Assembly (NCBI GenBank): GCA_965645245.1
Contig: OZ287078.1
Location: 682,001 to 746,000, forward strand
Direction of reading: 5' to 3'
From: Massalongia carnosa
Taxonomy: Eukaryota
Length of the DNA stretch: 64,000 nucleotides
In this document: positions 13,030 to 25,930 of the stretch, in pieces
Layout: every line of letters begins with the position of its first letter
Position numbering within the stretch: the stretch's first letter is position 1
Translations under genes and position numbers: made by a program
The notes under the pieces: generated by a model
Database searches by the model: none
What the model saw: the letters and a program-made list of their open reading frames with translations, nothing else
What the model was told of the DNA's origin: nothing

Positions 13030-14464
13030 TCAAGCCGTTTCGTTCTTCCCGACTCTCTCCGGATACAGAGCCCGCCAATCCTTCCGCGGCTTGACCGCGC
13101 TCTGGTGCTTCCTCCCTTTGACGTGCCCGATCCACTCGCCCTCCGACATCATGGTCTTGTCGCAGACGCTGCAGCGCCGGGCGTACAGCTCCGGCCTTTC
13201 CGTCGTGGCCAGCATGGTCTCTGCCGCGGCGGAGATGGAGTTGGGCAAGGGTAAGTCGTCGCCGTGCAGAAACCCCCGGGTGAGATCGTGGGCGGGAGCG
13301 TCGACGTTGCAGGCTCGTTGCGCGTCGTTGGTGGCGTCTAAAAGGAAGATCCGGGGCTTGGGATAGTGCTCCTCGAGCGCTCGGAGCAGCTTGTGCCGGA
13401 TCCATTGGATCTGGCGACGGGCGTAGTGCCTGGTTTCGATCTTCGTGCGCTCAATTGCTTCCTGCCTCATGTCCTCCAGCGTCTTGGTATCGCTGGTGGT
13501 CGGGCACGCTGTGAGATAGGGGAGAAACTCCTTGTACCCGATTGCCACCCAGATGCCGGTGCTTTGATCGATGACTTCTCCTGAAGACTCCAGCTCTTGG
13601 AGATACGTGAATAATGACTGGGCTTCGGCAATCAGCCCGTTGCTTACCATTGCGTCCACGCGCGCATCGAGCCTAGGTTTGAGCACGCTAGGGTCTACAT
13701 GTGCCCAGAGGATGAGCAGGTCAGAGGGCAGCGATGGCGCTCTATCACCGGTATTTGAAGCTGTTTCATGATCTCTACCTTTTGGATCATTGGATTCACC
13801 GGATTGATTCACAGGAGGGCTGCTTCTGCGCTTGCGCTGCTCCTCGTAAATTGCAGATGCCTGCTTGCCAGCGATGAGATATATCTCTAGGCTGCGCCGG
13901 ATTTTTCGCCGCTCATTGGGATGCCATCGCGCGGCCATATGTGGATCGACCTTGCGGAGCTCCTCCAGCATCTCTTCCGTGCTCGCCCCTAATATTGGCC
14001 ACGTATACTCCCGGTTCTCCTTAGCCACGGGTGCGTGCGCATTCTCCTCTAAAACACCGTCTTGGAACAGCACCGCCTGAGTGTAGTAATGCGATCCGCC
14101 AACCAGAATGGGCAGTTTGCCTCGGGACCGAATTTCCTCCACCACCTTCACGGCATTGTGCTTGAATGTTGCAACCTCCCACGGCCGATCCTTCAGGGAA
14201 ATACATCCAAGGAGATGATGCGGAATCGACTTCCGCTCCTGGAGGGAGATCTTGTTGGTTGCAATCGGGAGGCCATCATACATTTGGATCGCGTCGCCGT
14301 TGATGATCTCGCCATTGAAGCGCTCAGCCAAGGACACAGCAAGCTTTCCTACAAGATCAGCGCGGTCCCCATGGAATTACAAGTAGCCCACGAACTTGAG
14401 ATTTGCCTGTGCCTGTGGCCCCGATAATCGCAATTAGTGGTCGCCGCGAACACTTGATGGACAT
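13030..14464 (-). CDS. MOD5: tRNA dimethylallyltransferase (i6A37), 2 exons
   Basis: MSIKCSRRPLIAIIGATGTGKSQ|LAVSLAERFNGEIINGDAIQMYDGLPIATNK...VGGSHYY...IGYKEF...YARRQIQW; C-terminal C2H2 finger CSVC..HVKGRKH. Confidence 0.95.
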
Positions 14465-15487
14465 GAAATCGCCTGTAGAAATATGAAAAAAGGTGAGGAC
14501 GATTGTTTAAAGCTCGGTTTTCTACAGTGGTTTCCGTCGGACCCTTACACCCCTATTTGCGTCAACACCAAGGTAAATCGAGGAACTATTTAGGGTAGAT
14601 GCGAAACCTCAGCCCAATCGCAGGCTATCTGCTTAGTAACTAGTGGCATCTCAGAAGGAGGTGAACATATTATTGTTCAGTTTTTCAGTCATCTTATCAG
14701 CCATTCTGTTCGGGCAATGTGGCTCTCGAGATTACGTTTGAGTAATTATGTCTATGTACATCTTCTCTAAGTTAACTTTCAAAGCGGATGGATAAGTAGC
14801 CGATTAAAGCAGTAGATAGAAAGGTAGATAGGGATACCTGGGCAGGTAGCTAGGTGTGGGTAGGACCTTAAAGGAGTTCTCATCCCACTTTTTGGTAAAA
14901 GGAGATGAAATCAGCTAGGAGTCCAGGAAATCAGGGCTGGGTTTGGTTTCTTTTGACACGCATACAAAGTTGTAGAGCCAAATAATCATGTAGAGCTTCA
15001 CTACATAATTAAAGGGTGTTCAAGCGAGGCTATGTTCTCTTCCACCTAAAATTTTCATTAAGAAAAGACTGATTCAGCGGGAGAAAACCGTTGTTGTAGT
15101 AAGATGACAATACTGTTTCAGTATGCATCTTAAACATATCAACATCAGCTCTGAAGCTAATTCTCTACACTGCGCAGCTGCTCCTCATGCTTTCTTTCTT
15201 GAACTTCCCAAATCCTTGATAGTCGATAGTATTGAATATAGTAGCAAATGAGCAGTAGATTAAGTATATATTGAATCACTAGATGGAGCAGATAGTAGCA
15301 ACAATCCTTGAGATGCGAAAGGGGTAAGATGACAAAAAGAACCTCAAAGAGCGAGCGGGAAAACCATAAGGGAAATTTCGAGTTAAGTTTTTAACAGGGT
15401 ATTTCGATGACACCCCAGTATAACTATCTGAGCTTATGCTTACAAAAGGTGGAGGTAGATGATTACCTACCTACCTTCCTCTTTTAT

Positions 15488-17159
15488 TTAATAAAGCAAA
15501 CGCGTTAGAATGCAAGCTAACATTCATTAGCAAAAGATATTGAAATTAAGGGTATCACGTACAGCTTAAGTTCTCTAGGCGTTGATACAAGTCTTTTATA
15601 ACGGGTATATCGACATTGCTGATATCAGCCATGAGATACGCAACCTAGACCGTGGTCTTCAGCAATATTTTCGGAAGTTGGCTCGGGGGCGATTCATACT
15701 TCACCCCTGCTATCTGTCATTTGCTTGTCCACATTGTGATCCCCGAGGATCTCGTTGACTAACTTCGTGAATACATTTCCCATATGTGTTACTTGCCACG
15801 GAGCTTACCTTCTCTCAAAACGCCTGGAACGTTACGGTGGATGTAGACAAGACGAGCATGGTTTGGCTCCTCCATTGTCACCGACCGAAGACTGACTTCT
15901 GGCATATTCACTGCACCGATTGTGGTTCCCTCGTTTACATATCGTACGAGCGCTTCGCTTACTTCAATACCAATAGCAACTTGAGCCTCCTCTGTACTTC
16001 CTCCAATGTGTGGGGTTAGTATAATATTCCTCAGACTTCGAAGGTCCTCTGCCCATGCATTGAGTTTGTTTTTGAAATAATCTCCGTTGCCAGCAGGCTC
16101 CGCTGGAAAGACGTCCAGAGCGGCACCAGCGACTTTGCCAGTCCGCATAGCATTTATCAGAGCGGGGATATCTACAACACTCCCACGGCTGGCGTTTATC
16201 AGGTAGCTACCGTCTTTCATACTATTAAACTGCTCTTCACTTATCATCTTCTTGGTTTCTGGAAGTTCAGGCACATGGCAAGTGACAAAATCAGCAGTTT
16301 GTAGGAGCACCCCCAGACTGGGCACTTGTTTAGCAGTGCCCAAGGCCATCAAGTTAACTGTATCATAGAAGATAACAGACATTCCCATTGCTTCGGCAAG
16401 CACGGATAGCTGAGACCCAATATGGCCATAACCAATGATCCCTAGAGTTGTTGTTAGGGACAAGAACCTCGAAAAAGCCCTTTGCTAAAATACCAAGTGT
16501 CTTGCCCCGTATTTCCCAGCATCCGCTACTTATCTTGTTCCAAGTTCCCCGATGTAACTCGTTGGAACGGTCGCCTAGCTGTCGCGCAAGCATAACTATT
16601 TCCCCAATGACAAGCTCAGCAACGCTCCGAGAGTTGCTGAAAGGTGAGTTGAAGACGGCAATTCCATGTTGTGCTGCGTACTGCGTGTCGACTTGATTTG
16701 TTCCTATGCAAAAACAACCAATGACAATCAGATTCTTAGCCTCGCGAAGAACCCGGGCAGTGAGCATTGTCTTCGAACGTATGCCAATGACGTGCACCTC
16801 GCTGGAAACTCTTAGTCCAGGACCTGCGAATGAAGAGAGAAGGCGAACGCCCACCGTATTCTCTGAATGAGCTCATCCTCGGACAAGGAAGTCTTCAAGA
16901 AATCAACCTGGTAGCCTTGCTGGGCTAAAACATCGCGGCCTGTTTGATTGACATTTTCCAACAACAGTATCTTGATGTCTTCGGTAGCAAAAGGTTTGAG
17001 GTGCTTCGCCCTTGCAGCAATCCCTGCACGGCTTCGCGGCAATGAACCCCCAAACAGTCCAGGAGGAGAATCGGAGAGTCCGAGACTCGAAGATACACGA
17101 CTGAGGTTGGACGGCGCAAGTCTCTCTGGAAGGCTCCGAGGATCTGTCGTAGTGTCCAT
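15488..17159 (-). CDS. SER3: D-3-phosphoglycerate dehydrogenase, multi-exon
   Basis: LKPFATEDIKILLLENVN..GIRSKT..GCFCIGTNQVD..GIIGYGHIGSQLS..LINASRG..LTPHIGGSTEEAQ; C-terminal ACT domain ending CILTRLLY*. Confidence 0.95.
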
Positions 17160-17302
17160 AGCTGAAGACAATCTTACTTCACTGGCTGATAGAAGCCGTT
17201 CAAGTCCCGGCCAAGAAGCGTTGAACCTGAGTAACAAGCTCTGTGCGCGGAATATATCATTGCAATGGAGGAGAGGGGGGCGAACAATATGTGCTCAATA
17301 AA

Positions 17303-17346
17303 TGACTCTCTCATGCACAAATAATCCGCACTCATTTATTGACTCA
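17303..17346. promoter_or_regulatory. Gcn4/CpcA-type response elements upstream of SER3
   Basis: ATGACTC at 17302-17308 and TTGACTCAT at 17339-17347, about 145-185 bp upstream of the SER3 ATG. Confidence 0.6.
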
Positions 17347-17779
17347 TTCATATTGTGGGAAGCATGTGCTGGAGTACAGAGTAAGTTAGCCCTAATTTCA
17401 TATTCTTAGCTTTATTTTCAAGGAATTCCGACAGAATTGACACTTCACATTAATCAAAACGCAAATCCACTCGTTTTGTTTTTGATAAGATTTTATTATT
17501 AATTATTTGACATTTAATTCACCAGTCATATTAATTCCAAACAATCTCATGAAATATTGACGTGTTGATCCATGGAGCTGTCACCGTATTTGTGAGTTCA
17601 AATGTTCGTTTAAATCCCTCAGTCATTAAACTAGGGCTAACATACAGAGTACGGATACATAACTTAATTACCCATCTGGAATGGTAAGCTTTATATGTAT
17701 ATCATTTCTCGCCAAGGTATTGGTGTTAGTAAAATCTTCGACTCCAATCGTAATACCTAAACCCCTCCCACTCCCGCCA

Positions 17780-18743
17780 ATGTCAGCCACCAACGGTGTT
17801 CCGACTGAGCTTGCCCCCTCCATCGCCGTGCAAAACCTCAGCTATTCGTTCGCGGATGGCTCTTCCGGGCTGCGAAACGTGGTTCTGGACCTTCCGCCGG
17901 GCAGCCGCACTCTACTAATTGGCGGTACCCATCACCATTCCTCATCCCGCCCCACCCTTACCCCATCCCATCCCTTCCCATCCCTTCGTTGGCATCCCCA
18001 AGCACACCCCTCACCCTAACGAACGTTCCTTCCAAGCCAACGGGGCCGGCAAAACCACCCTTCTTCGCCTTCTCTCTGGCAAGCGCCTTGCGCCCACCAA
18101 TACGGTCAGCATCGCCGGCGTCGACCCGTTCAAAGATGGTCTCGAAGGAGTCACCTATCTCGGCCTCGAATGGGTGCTCAACCCTATCGTGCGTACCGAT
18201 ATCGACGTTCCCACGCTGCTCGCGTCTGTGGGGGGGGATTACTACTCCGAGCGACGGGATGAACTGGTGCGGATCCTTGACATTGATGTAGGCTGGCGCA
18301 TGCACGCCGTCAGCGATGGGGAACGGCGGCGCGTGCAGTTGGCCATAGGCCTGTTGCGGCCGTGGCGCATCCTGCTGCTTGACGAAATCACTGTCGATCT
18401 GGATCTGCTGAGTCGCAGCGATTTTTTAGCCTTTTTGAAACGCGAGACCGAGATACGGCCGTGTACGATTGTGTATGCGACGCATATTCTGGACAATTTG
18501 GCGCAGTGGCCGACTCATTTAGTGCATATGTATTTGGGGATGGTGAAGGAATGGGGGAGCCTGAGCGAGTTCGCGGTGGACGAGCAGCTGAGGAGCGGGA
18601 ACAGCCAGCTCGGTGAGCTGGTTCTCGGTTGGCTGAAGGATGATCGGAGCGAGAGGGGACCTAGAGGTGGCATGGGAAATGAGGGAAAATCGTACGAAAG
18701 CAATGAGGGTAAGGGTGGGTACGGGAATGAAAAGAGAATATAA
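17780..18743 (+). CDS. CAF16: Soluble ABC ATPase, CCR4-associated factor 16-like; one intron about 17925-18036
   Basis: [17 protein letters not shown] (Walker A), [13 protein letters not shown] (signature), [12 protein letters not shown] (Walker B), YATHILD. Confidence 0.9.
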
Positions 18744-18842
18744 AGAACCAGATACGCCAATCACTATGTTGGGAGTCATTTAGCATGAGCTTCGTTAGCG
18801 CAGCGGCCTATCTCGAGAATCTAGATTAAGCATGCCTGTTCC

Positions 18843-21403
18843 TTAGGTTGATGGTAAAGATAGGCTACTAATCGAGAAAAGCCGTAGAGAACCATCTTCA
18901 CTCGCAACGGCTAATTGCCCCTTCCCGCCATACTCCTCTTGCTCAAATATTTCGCCAATGCCATTCTCCAACAAAATCGGTCGCCATGCGAGCCGTGTAA
19001 TAGGCTGTGAAGGACGTAACCTGTGAACGTCAGTCTCTGTTTAGTGACTCATATCCAGAATTCCAACTTACAGATCATCCAAGCTGGATAACACCCTGAT
19101 TTGAAAGGAATGTAGGTCTAATGTGTAAATTGACACGTCACAGTTTTCACTCCCAACTGCAACAATGATGGCATCCTGAATACATCTAGGAAGAATATCG
19201 ACTGCCGTGACTGGAGATAAAGCTGTAATGGTCGTCAAACATTCGACTCCGTCCTGCTGTATCTTCCAGATCCGGACAGCTTTGTCTCTTCCGGCAGTAG
19301 CAAAAATCCGTTCAACGTCCAATGGAGTCCAACTCGCACTCAGAATCATCCGTGAATGCCCCTTGGGATTGGTGTACTTTAGCATGTATACCTCCGACCA
19401 AAAATCTTCTCGCTCAAAAACGGCCCACCGCCTATCTCGACCAACACTCAGGAGGTATCTGTCATCCTTGGAGAAGCGTAGACAGGTAACAGTCAGTGAA
19501 TGGGCTGTCAGCGAGGGTTTGATTTCTCGCCAGTCCTTAGTTGAGTATAACCGCACAACCGCGTGCTCTATTGAACTTGCTTTGCACCCTGTAGCGATCA
19601 CAGTACCCTTATGGCTGCTTGCAACTGCGGAAATTTCATATCCATGGCCATAAAGCTTTTCTCTTTCGGGCCATAGTGTGTGCCTCGCCAATTGATCTTC
19701 AATAGGGGGTCTGTCGAGACCAAGTGATATAGGTGCTGTACTTGTTGTTTCCGGGTCTAAATGCTGATGCTCTTCTATATAGGGTTCGGCATTAGACTTC
19801 TCGGCCTCTATATACTCTATCACTTTGTTTGATAGTCCCAGAACTGGAATACTGGCCGCATCCGGCAGGTCTTGCTCAGCCCCTGGACTGACTCCACACA
19901 GCGAATATAGCAAGTCGGCTGTATTACGAGGCTCATCAAAAACCCTTAGTAACTTCTCATCTGCTCCTGATATGAATTGAGTTCGACCTGTGGAATCCAG
20001 ACAATTCAGATCATATCCATGAATTTGAGGTCTTGCAAGCTCATGCCATGTCGTCCAAGCTCCACGCTCCCATTGAGCATGCAGTCGCGTAGTCTGGTCT
20101 GATCCGGTTGAGAGTAAATAAGTACCATCTTTTGCCCAAGCTAAATCTGTCAATGGCTTCGTGTGACCACTGATTCCGACACCTTGAACCCAGCGGTCGT
20201 GTTCTCTATCGTAATCCCATAACCTCCAACTTCCAGCTCTCCCAAGGCTCACTACACTTTTCCCACTAGGAGACCACAATCCATTCCAGAAGCCTCCGGC
20301 ACTACCTGTTGCTGTTGTTGATCCTTTTTGTGCACTCATTTCCCCCAAGCGCGTCGTACAAACCCATACTCCCGAGCTGACTTCGGGCTCCCAAAACGCT
20401 AGGGAACTGTCTGCTGACGCCGAGAGCAACTGCAACCGTTTACCATCAGTGCGCCATGATACTGTGTATACCCAGTCTTCATGGCCGAGCAGAAGGGCTT
20501 CGAAGGTGAGTGAATATGATTTATGCAAAGCCTCAAGCCGATGGGCCTTGTTGGACAACGCTCGCTCCCCGCGTACCAAAAAATTTTTTCTGATTCCGCC
20601 TCCTTCTAGAACTTCTTCGCCCTCCCGAATACGCCAAAGCCGAATGTACTTATCTTGGCTTGCAGATGCCAACAAAAGATCGTCGTTTGACATATTTCGC
20701 TCTCTAACAACCGCCAAAGACCGTATCCAGCCTTCGTGGCCCATTAACGTAGCTTGCAAATAGAACACCTTCTGATTTTCGGTCACATATATCTGCACAA
20801 ACCCTTTAGTCCCTGCTACAGCAAGCATCAGGGACCCGGATGTTCCAAGCTCACTCATTGCTAAAGCCAAAGGAAAAAATCTAGGGTTGGTGTGAATTGA
20901 TTGTAAAAGATCAATATCCACATGACCATCCTTCAATCTTGAGCCCCACACTTTGATCGTAGCATCCGCAGATCCAGATGCAAAGATACTTGTCCCACTA
21001 GCTACAGCTAGGCAGTTGACTGAGCCAGTATGGCTCTTTAGCGTCTCCACCTCTTCGAAGCCCACAGACGATGTTACTAGAGCTCTCCATACTCGCACTG
21101 ATTGGTCAACAGATCCACTCAGTAAAGTCAGGGGTTGACCCTTCAAAGGTGAGCAGAATTTGACGGCGTTGACTTTGCCAGAATGACCACGAAGTAGCGC
21201 ATGCACGCCCTGGTTGTTCTCGTTCTGTCCATTGAATGAGTCAAGCTTGAATCCAATGGTGGCACATGTACTACCACAGGCTTCCAAAGTGCAACGTTAC
21301 GGTCGGTGCCATAAGCAAGGACACCACTCGTAACATCCCAATCAGCAGCAGCAGGATGCTTGTTGCCACCTGCAGCGAGATATTCTGGTTTAAATTCGAT
21401 CAT
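18843..21403 (-). CDS. ELP2: Elongator complex subunit 2 (WD40), 3 exons
   Basis: AGGNKHPAAADW; LLASASQDKYIRLW; FEALLLGHEDWV; WHELARPQIHGYDL; TLWPEREKLYGHGYE; last exon ends ASEDGSLRLFSISSLSLPST*. Confidence 0.95.
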
Positions 21404-21578
21404 CCCGCTAGTTGCGCCTAAAGCTCACTGGGAGAGTTATGTAATAAGGAATCTGTTTCTAGAGTAAGGATCTGCGGCTGGCGCTTAACTCAATGCTTAG
21501 TACTTACCTAGTTTAATATTAACTAACTTTAGGCTCTCCCAGAATTCCTCACGCTCAATCATTCGCCACTTTGTTGCC

Positions 21579-22033
21579 ATGGAAAATGGATCTAGTGTTT
21601 TCAGTGGTCAAGACCTTATTCCGGTTATCGTCGAGTTTACGTAGAGAATCCAGCTTTCGGGGATTAGCTACGTGCTTACCATCTCTAGTGGTGGCCTCGA
21701 GATGCTTTTTTCAAATCAGCGCAAACACCATCTCACTTTGCCCGCTACAGATGAAAAGGGGCAAACGGCTACCTTGGGTTTTCTCGTCCGATATATTTGC
21801 CAGCACCTAATAACAGACCAGAGGATGGAGCTCTTTGTTGTGGATAATACTATGTAAGTAACAACTTCCATCAGAAGCGAGACTTAAACCTGCTTTCGAG
21901 CTTAGAGGTTTACAGAAGGCCAGGGATCCTCGTTTTAATCAATGACGCCGATTGGGAGTTAGAAGGTGAAGAAGGCTATGAGCTGAAGAAGTCAGACAAC
22001 GTGCTTTTTGTTTCTACGCTCCACGGAGGTTGA
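21579..22033 (+). CDS. URM1: Ubiquitin-related modifier 1 (sulfur carrier for tRNA U34 thiolation), 3 exons
   Basis: Spliced: ..[21 protein letters not shown]...[46 protein letters not shown]. Confidence 0.95.
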
Positions 22034-22153
22034 TCATTTTTGATGAATGAGCAATACAGTTTAACTTTCCTCTTATAGCTTTAAAATATAGAAAGGCGAG
22101 TTTGGTAGCAGAAATCACTAGACGCAGGCGCTCGACATTTTACTGCTAACAAT

Positions 22154-24318
22154 TTATACTCCGCTCTTCTCGCGGAGTGATCTCTCAACCAGCAATAGAG
22201 ACCCTATCCCCGGTTCCTGAGCCGTCAAGACACCGTTTTGTGGCGAGCTCGGATTTAAGCGTGGAGTGTATGCGCCAACCTGCGGGGAACCTAAGCGCAT
22301 TGGCGTTACAACGCCGCTTGGAGGTTGGCTTGGGGAAACAGGGATCTTCAGGTCTTCGGGTGAGCTTCGAATTGTCTCTTCGGGGAGACCAGGAATTAAT
22401 ATCCTTGTGGCTTCGTTGTTGTAGCTGGCCGGAATTATCTCGACTATCTCATTGCGTGGAAACGAAAGACCTGGGATATCCGTAGCATTGCAAGCCATAA
22501 GATAACCGTAAAGGACCCGAAGTACACTCTCGTGAGCAATAATCAACAGATCGTCCTGTTCACGTTCGAGCTCCAAAATGATAGGTTCAAGCCGTACAGC
22601 CAAATCATGATATGACTAAAGGTGGTGAGCGTCACATGCTTCGATAGATTTGCACGGACTAAGGAATTACCTCTGCTCTTGGATAACGGTGGTGGTAAGG
22701 GTCAGCTTCATGCTTTGCAACTTCATCAGGGTACTCTTGTCTGATTCGTCTTTCCGACATCTTCTCACAAACCCCTGGATTGAGTTGACTCATTTGGGAC
22801 CTCTGGCGCACTCTATAGCCAGCCTCGTACAAGTACTGGGATGTCTCAACAGTTCTGCGGCGTGTCGAAGTCCAAACAGTTAATTCTTTCAGAGGAATAT
22901 CGGGCCCCCCACGGTCTAACAAGGCTTGCCGTTCGCTTTCACGATGGCGAAGAAGAGCATCTCCCATCTTTTGCGCATACTCAACCCCTTGTTCGGAAAG
23001 AGAAGCATCAGCTTTGTACGAATCGACTTCGCTAGAAGTGCCAGCCTGTAGAATTTTTAGTATACCCTGAGGATGACCCAAAGATTAGTCTAACCCTTGC
23101 AAAATAGGTGTGCCTTGACTTAATGTGCAGATTGAGAAGGTAGAACACTATCCTATGTGGCAGGTAGCCGAAAGTACAGTTGTTGACAGTGATTCTTTCC
23201 CCTGCATTAATCATCTGGGTGCTCTCATCGTCAGTGCGGCTTCTTTGCCAGAAGGTCCCGCCACAAAATATAGACCACCTGCCTTAATGTAGTTAAGCTC
23301 AGATTCTTCCATGGTCTCAAAATGTGGGATTTTGGCGTTCATTCGAGCAAGATAGTGTTTTACGGCATCATCCGCTGACCACCCAATGTACTTGAAGAAT
23401 CAGCCTATGTTTCATACCATGAGAAGCATCAAACATACATCAGGCGATGAGATCTTCACATTGCGAACGTTTTCCTCGATGATTCGTTGGTCATCACAAG
23501 CTGATTCGATGAACAGAGTCTTCAGTAATAGGGCAAAAATTAGCTTACTCAAGGTCGAGATGCTAAAGGTTATACCTGCACATCATAATTTGCAAACTCT
23601 TTTGCGAGAGCCCTCCGGCCCGCGGCAAGAGCGTTAACAGCATCGTATATTGCGACCTGACCATTTTCATGGTTCAGAAAATGATATATGTCATCCCGGC
23701 ATTTCTTCAGAATCTTCTGTCGAAGAAGCACTGTGCTCGCGGATGCTAAGGGTGGCCATTTCTTAGCCGACCGCCTCCAAATATCAATCAACCCATACTC
23801 ACCGTTGACAAAGAAGTAATCATCTGGGACCTCTTGACCAAGTCCAAGATGTGCTCTCCTGTAGTCTCCAAGGTGGAAGACGCGGGTTTTCACGCCAAGC
23901 CTAGTGAAATGGATCAGTCTCCAGGCAGTAGCGCGTATAATTGCATTGACTAACCACCGTAGATATCTAGCTAAAGCAACAGATATATGACTAATCTCTC
24001 CATGATTCTTATTATTAAAATTCGGCTTGACCATTGTTTTGTACAGTGGACATACGTCTTGCCCCTTGCTGGTAATCCAACCGTTGCTATTGCTATTCGC
24101 CCAGAGTGAAATAGACGTCCTGATTCTGTGCTGTAGAGTTGAGCTGGGGCTAATTCACCCCTTTCTGGTAGATCATGAATGGCATCAACAAAGGTACTCG
24201 ATTTTCGTCGAAATCGGGGAGATTTGGTAATATCGGCAGTACTGATAGGTAGTATGATCATGATCAGTAAGGAAGAACCCCCATAAGTATGGATGAAGAC
24301 CCACAGCAAGGTATCCAT
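22154..24318 (-). CDS. 6-phosphofructo-2-kinase/fructose-2,6-bisphosphatase-like protein (YLR345W-type), many introns
   Basis: MDTLL|TADITKSPRFRRKSS..PAQLYSTESGRLFHSGRIAIATVGLPARGKT; VWTSTRRRT; RYPRAE; LEPIILELERE..LLIIAHESVLRVLYGY. Confidence 0.9.
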
Positions 24319-24701
24319 AGTAATAAGCGTCCTAGCAGCAGTATGAATAGTTTACATACCGAGCGAGCGCAAGTCCATGAAATAGAGGAAGCTTTCGAGC
24401 AAAGCCATAGTTGCTTATCGATAAGAGTAGTTAAGATAGGGCTGGAGCAATCAGGTAAGTTACAAGAGGGGTTTAGTTCGAAGTATTATGAGCTAACAGA
24501 TGAAGTTAGCCCTTGACGGAATAGAGTAGTCGCAGGGGACCTTCCTGGAAAATAAAATCTAGATTTGATATGATAAAAGCTCAGTGAAGTTTATCACCCA
24601 TTCCATTGCATACCAGGCATTCACATCGATCATTTTCTGACCCCCAAAGTAATTATCACCCTTTTTTGGAAACTTGCCCCCTCAGCCTAGAGGGTTGAAC
24701 C

Positions 24702-25930
24702 ATGACAATAACAGATGAGAAACTCTTGTCGAGCGAGACAGGTGTTCTAATGAACAATGCGGTTGTGGTAGCGCTTCGCGATACATATTCATCCTTTTCG
24801 AGACGGAGAGAAGCGCTGGGACTGTCTAATCCTGGAACGGTGGAAAATATTGCCCGTGAAGTTCAGAAGGATGTCTTCCTCACGAACTCCATGTTCACAG
24901 GTCTACGTGCCGACTTGACTAAACCTTTTAGTGTTAACCCACTCTTTCAAGTTTCGCATGCTTTCGCCATGGGTTCTCAGGGCCTTCCACCCTACACATT
25001 TGCAGCGCTCTATGGAACTTCCAAAGTGCGCGACCTCCTGAAGCTAGAATAGAAAGAGTCTCTGCTGATCGGATGTATAGGTCTTTCTCCAAGGAAATGT
25101 CGACAATGATGGTCAGCTGATTGCACGAGCAAATTACAGATGGAATAGCAGCTTTGTCACAAAAACAAATGTTCAGATGGCTCCTGGAGCCGGTCAACCA
25201 GTGCTGGCCGTGGATAATGATTATACTGGTCAAGATTTCACAGCCTCCCTTAAATCCATAAATCCGTCAATCCTCGAAGGTGGCTTGACTGGTGTTTTTG
25301 TGGGTAGCTACCTTCAGTCACTCACGCCAAGCCTTGCAGTAGGCTTAGAGGCGATGTGGCAACGAGTGGCAGTAAACAGCGGCCCGGAGACCGCAATTTC
25401 TTACTGTGCAAAATACAAGGGCTCGGACTGGATCTTCAGTGCGCAGGTGCAAGAGCACGGCGCTCTCAGCACATCATACTGGCGGAGGTTGACAGATAAG
25501 GTGGAAGCTGGAGTGGATCTTAATCTTCAATTTGCCCCTGGTTTGGGACAAGGTGGATTGATGGGGGCCGGGTCTCGGAAAGAAGGTACTACGACGCTAG
25601 GCGCAAAGTATGATTTCAGAAACTCGAGTTTCCGTGCTCAAGTGGATAGCTCGGGCCGGCTGAGCTGTTTGCTGGAAAAAAGGGTTCTTCCTCCAGTACA
25701 GTTGACATTTGCGGGAGAAATGGATCATTTCAAGGTACGCCTAGTTATTAACTTTCCTAGTCTTTGTGTGTAATTGCACTGGATGTCTCCCGAAAGGCAT
25801 TTGCTGACGGAGAATTTGGTGAATGTAGCAACAAGCTAAGGTTGGAATTGCTGTCTCTATTGAAGCCGCGAGCGAGGATCTATTAGAGAAACAAGGAAGA
25901 GGCGTAACCACACCGGCCGTACCGTTCTAG
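24702..25930 (+). CDS. TOM40: Mitochondrial outer-membrane import channel Tom40, 3 exons
   Basis: [62 protein letters not shown]; final exon [14 protein letters not shown]. Confidence 0.95.
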
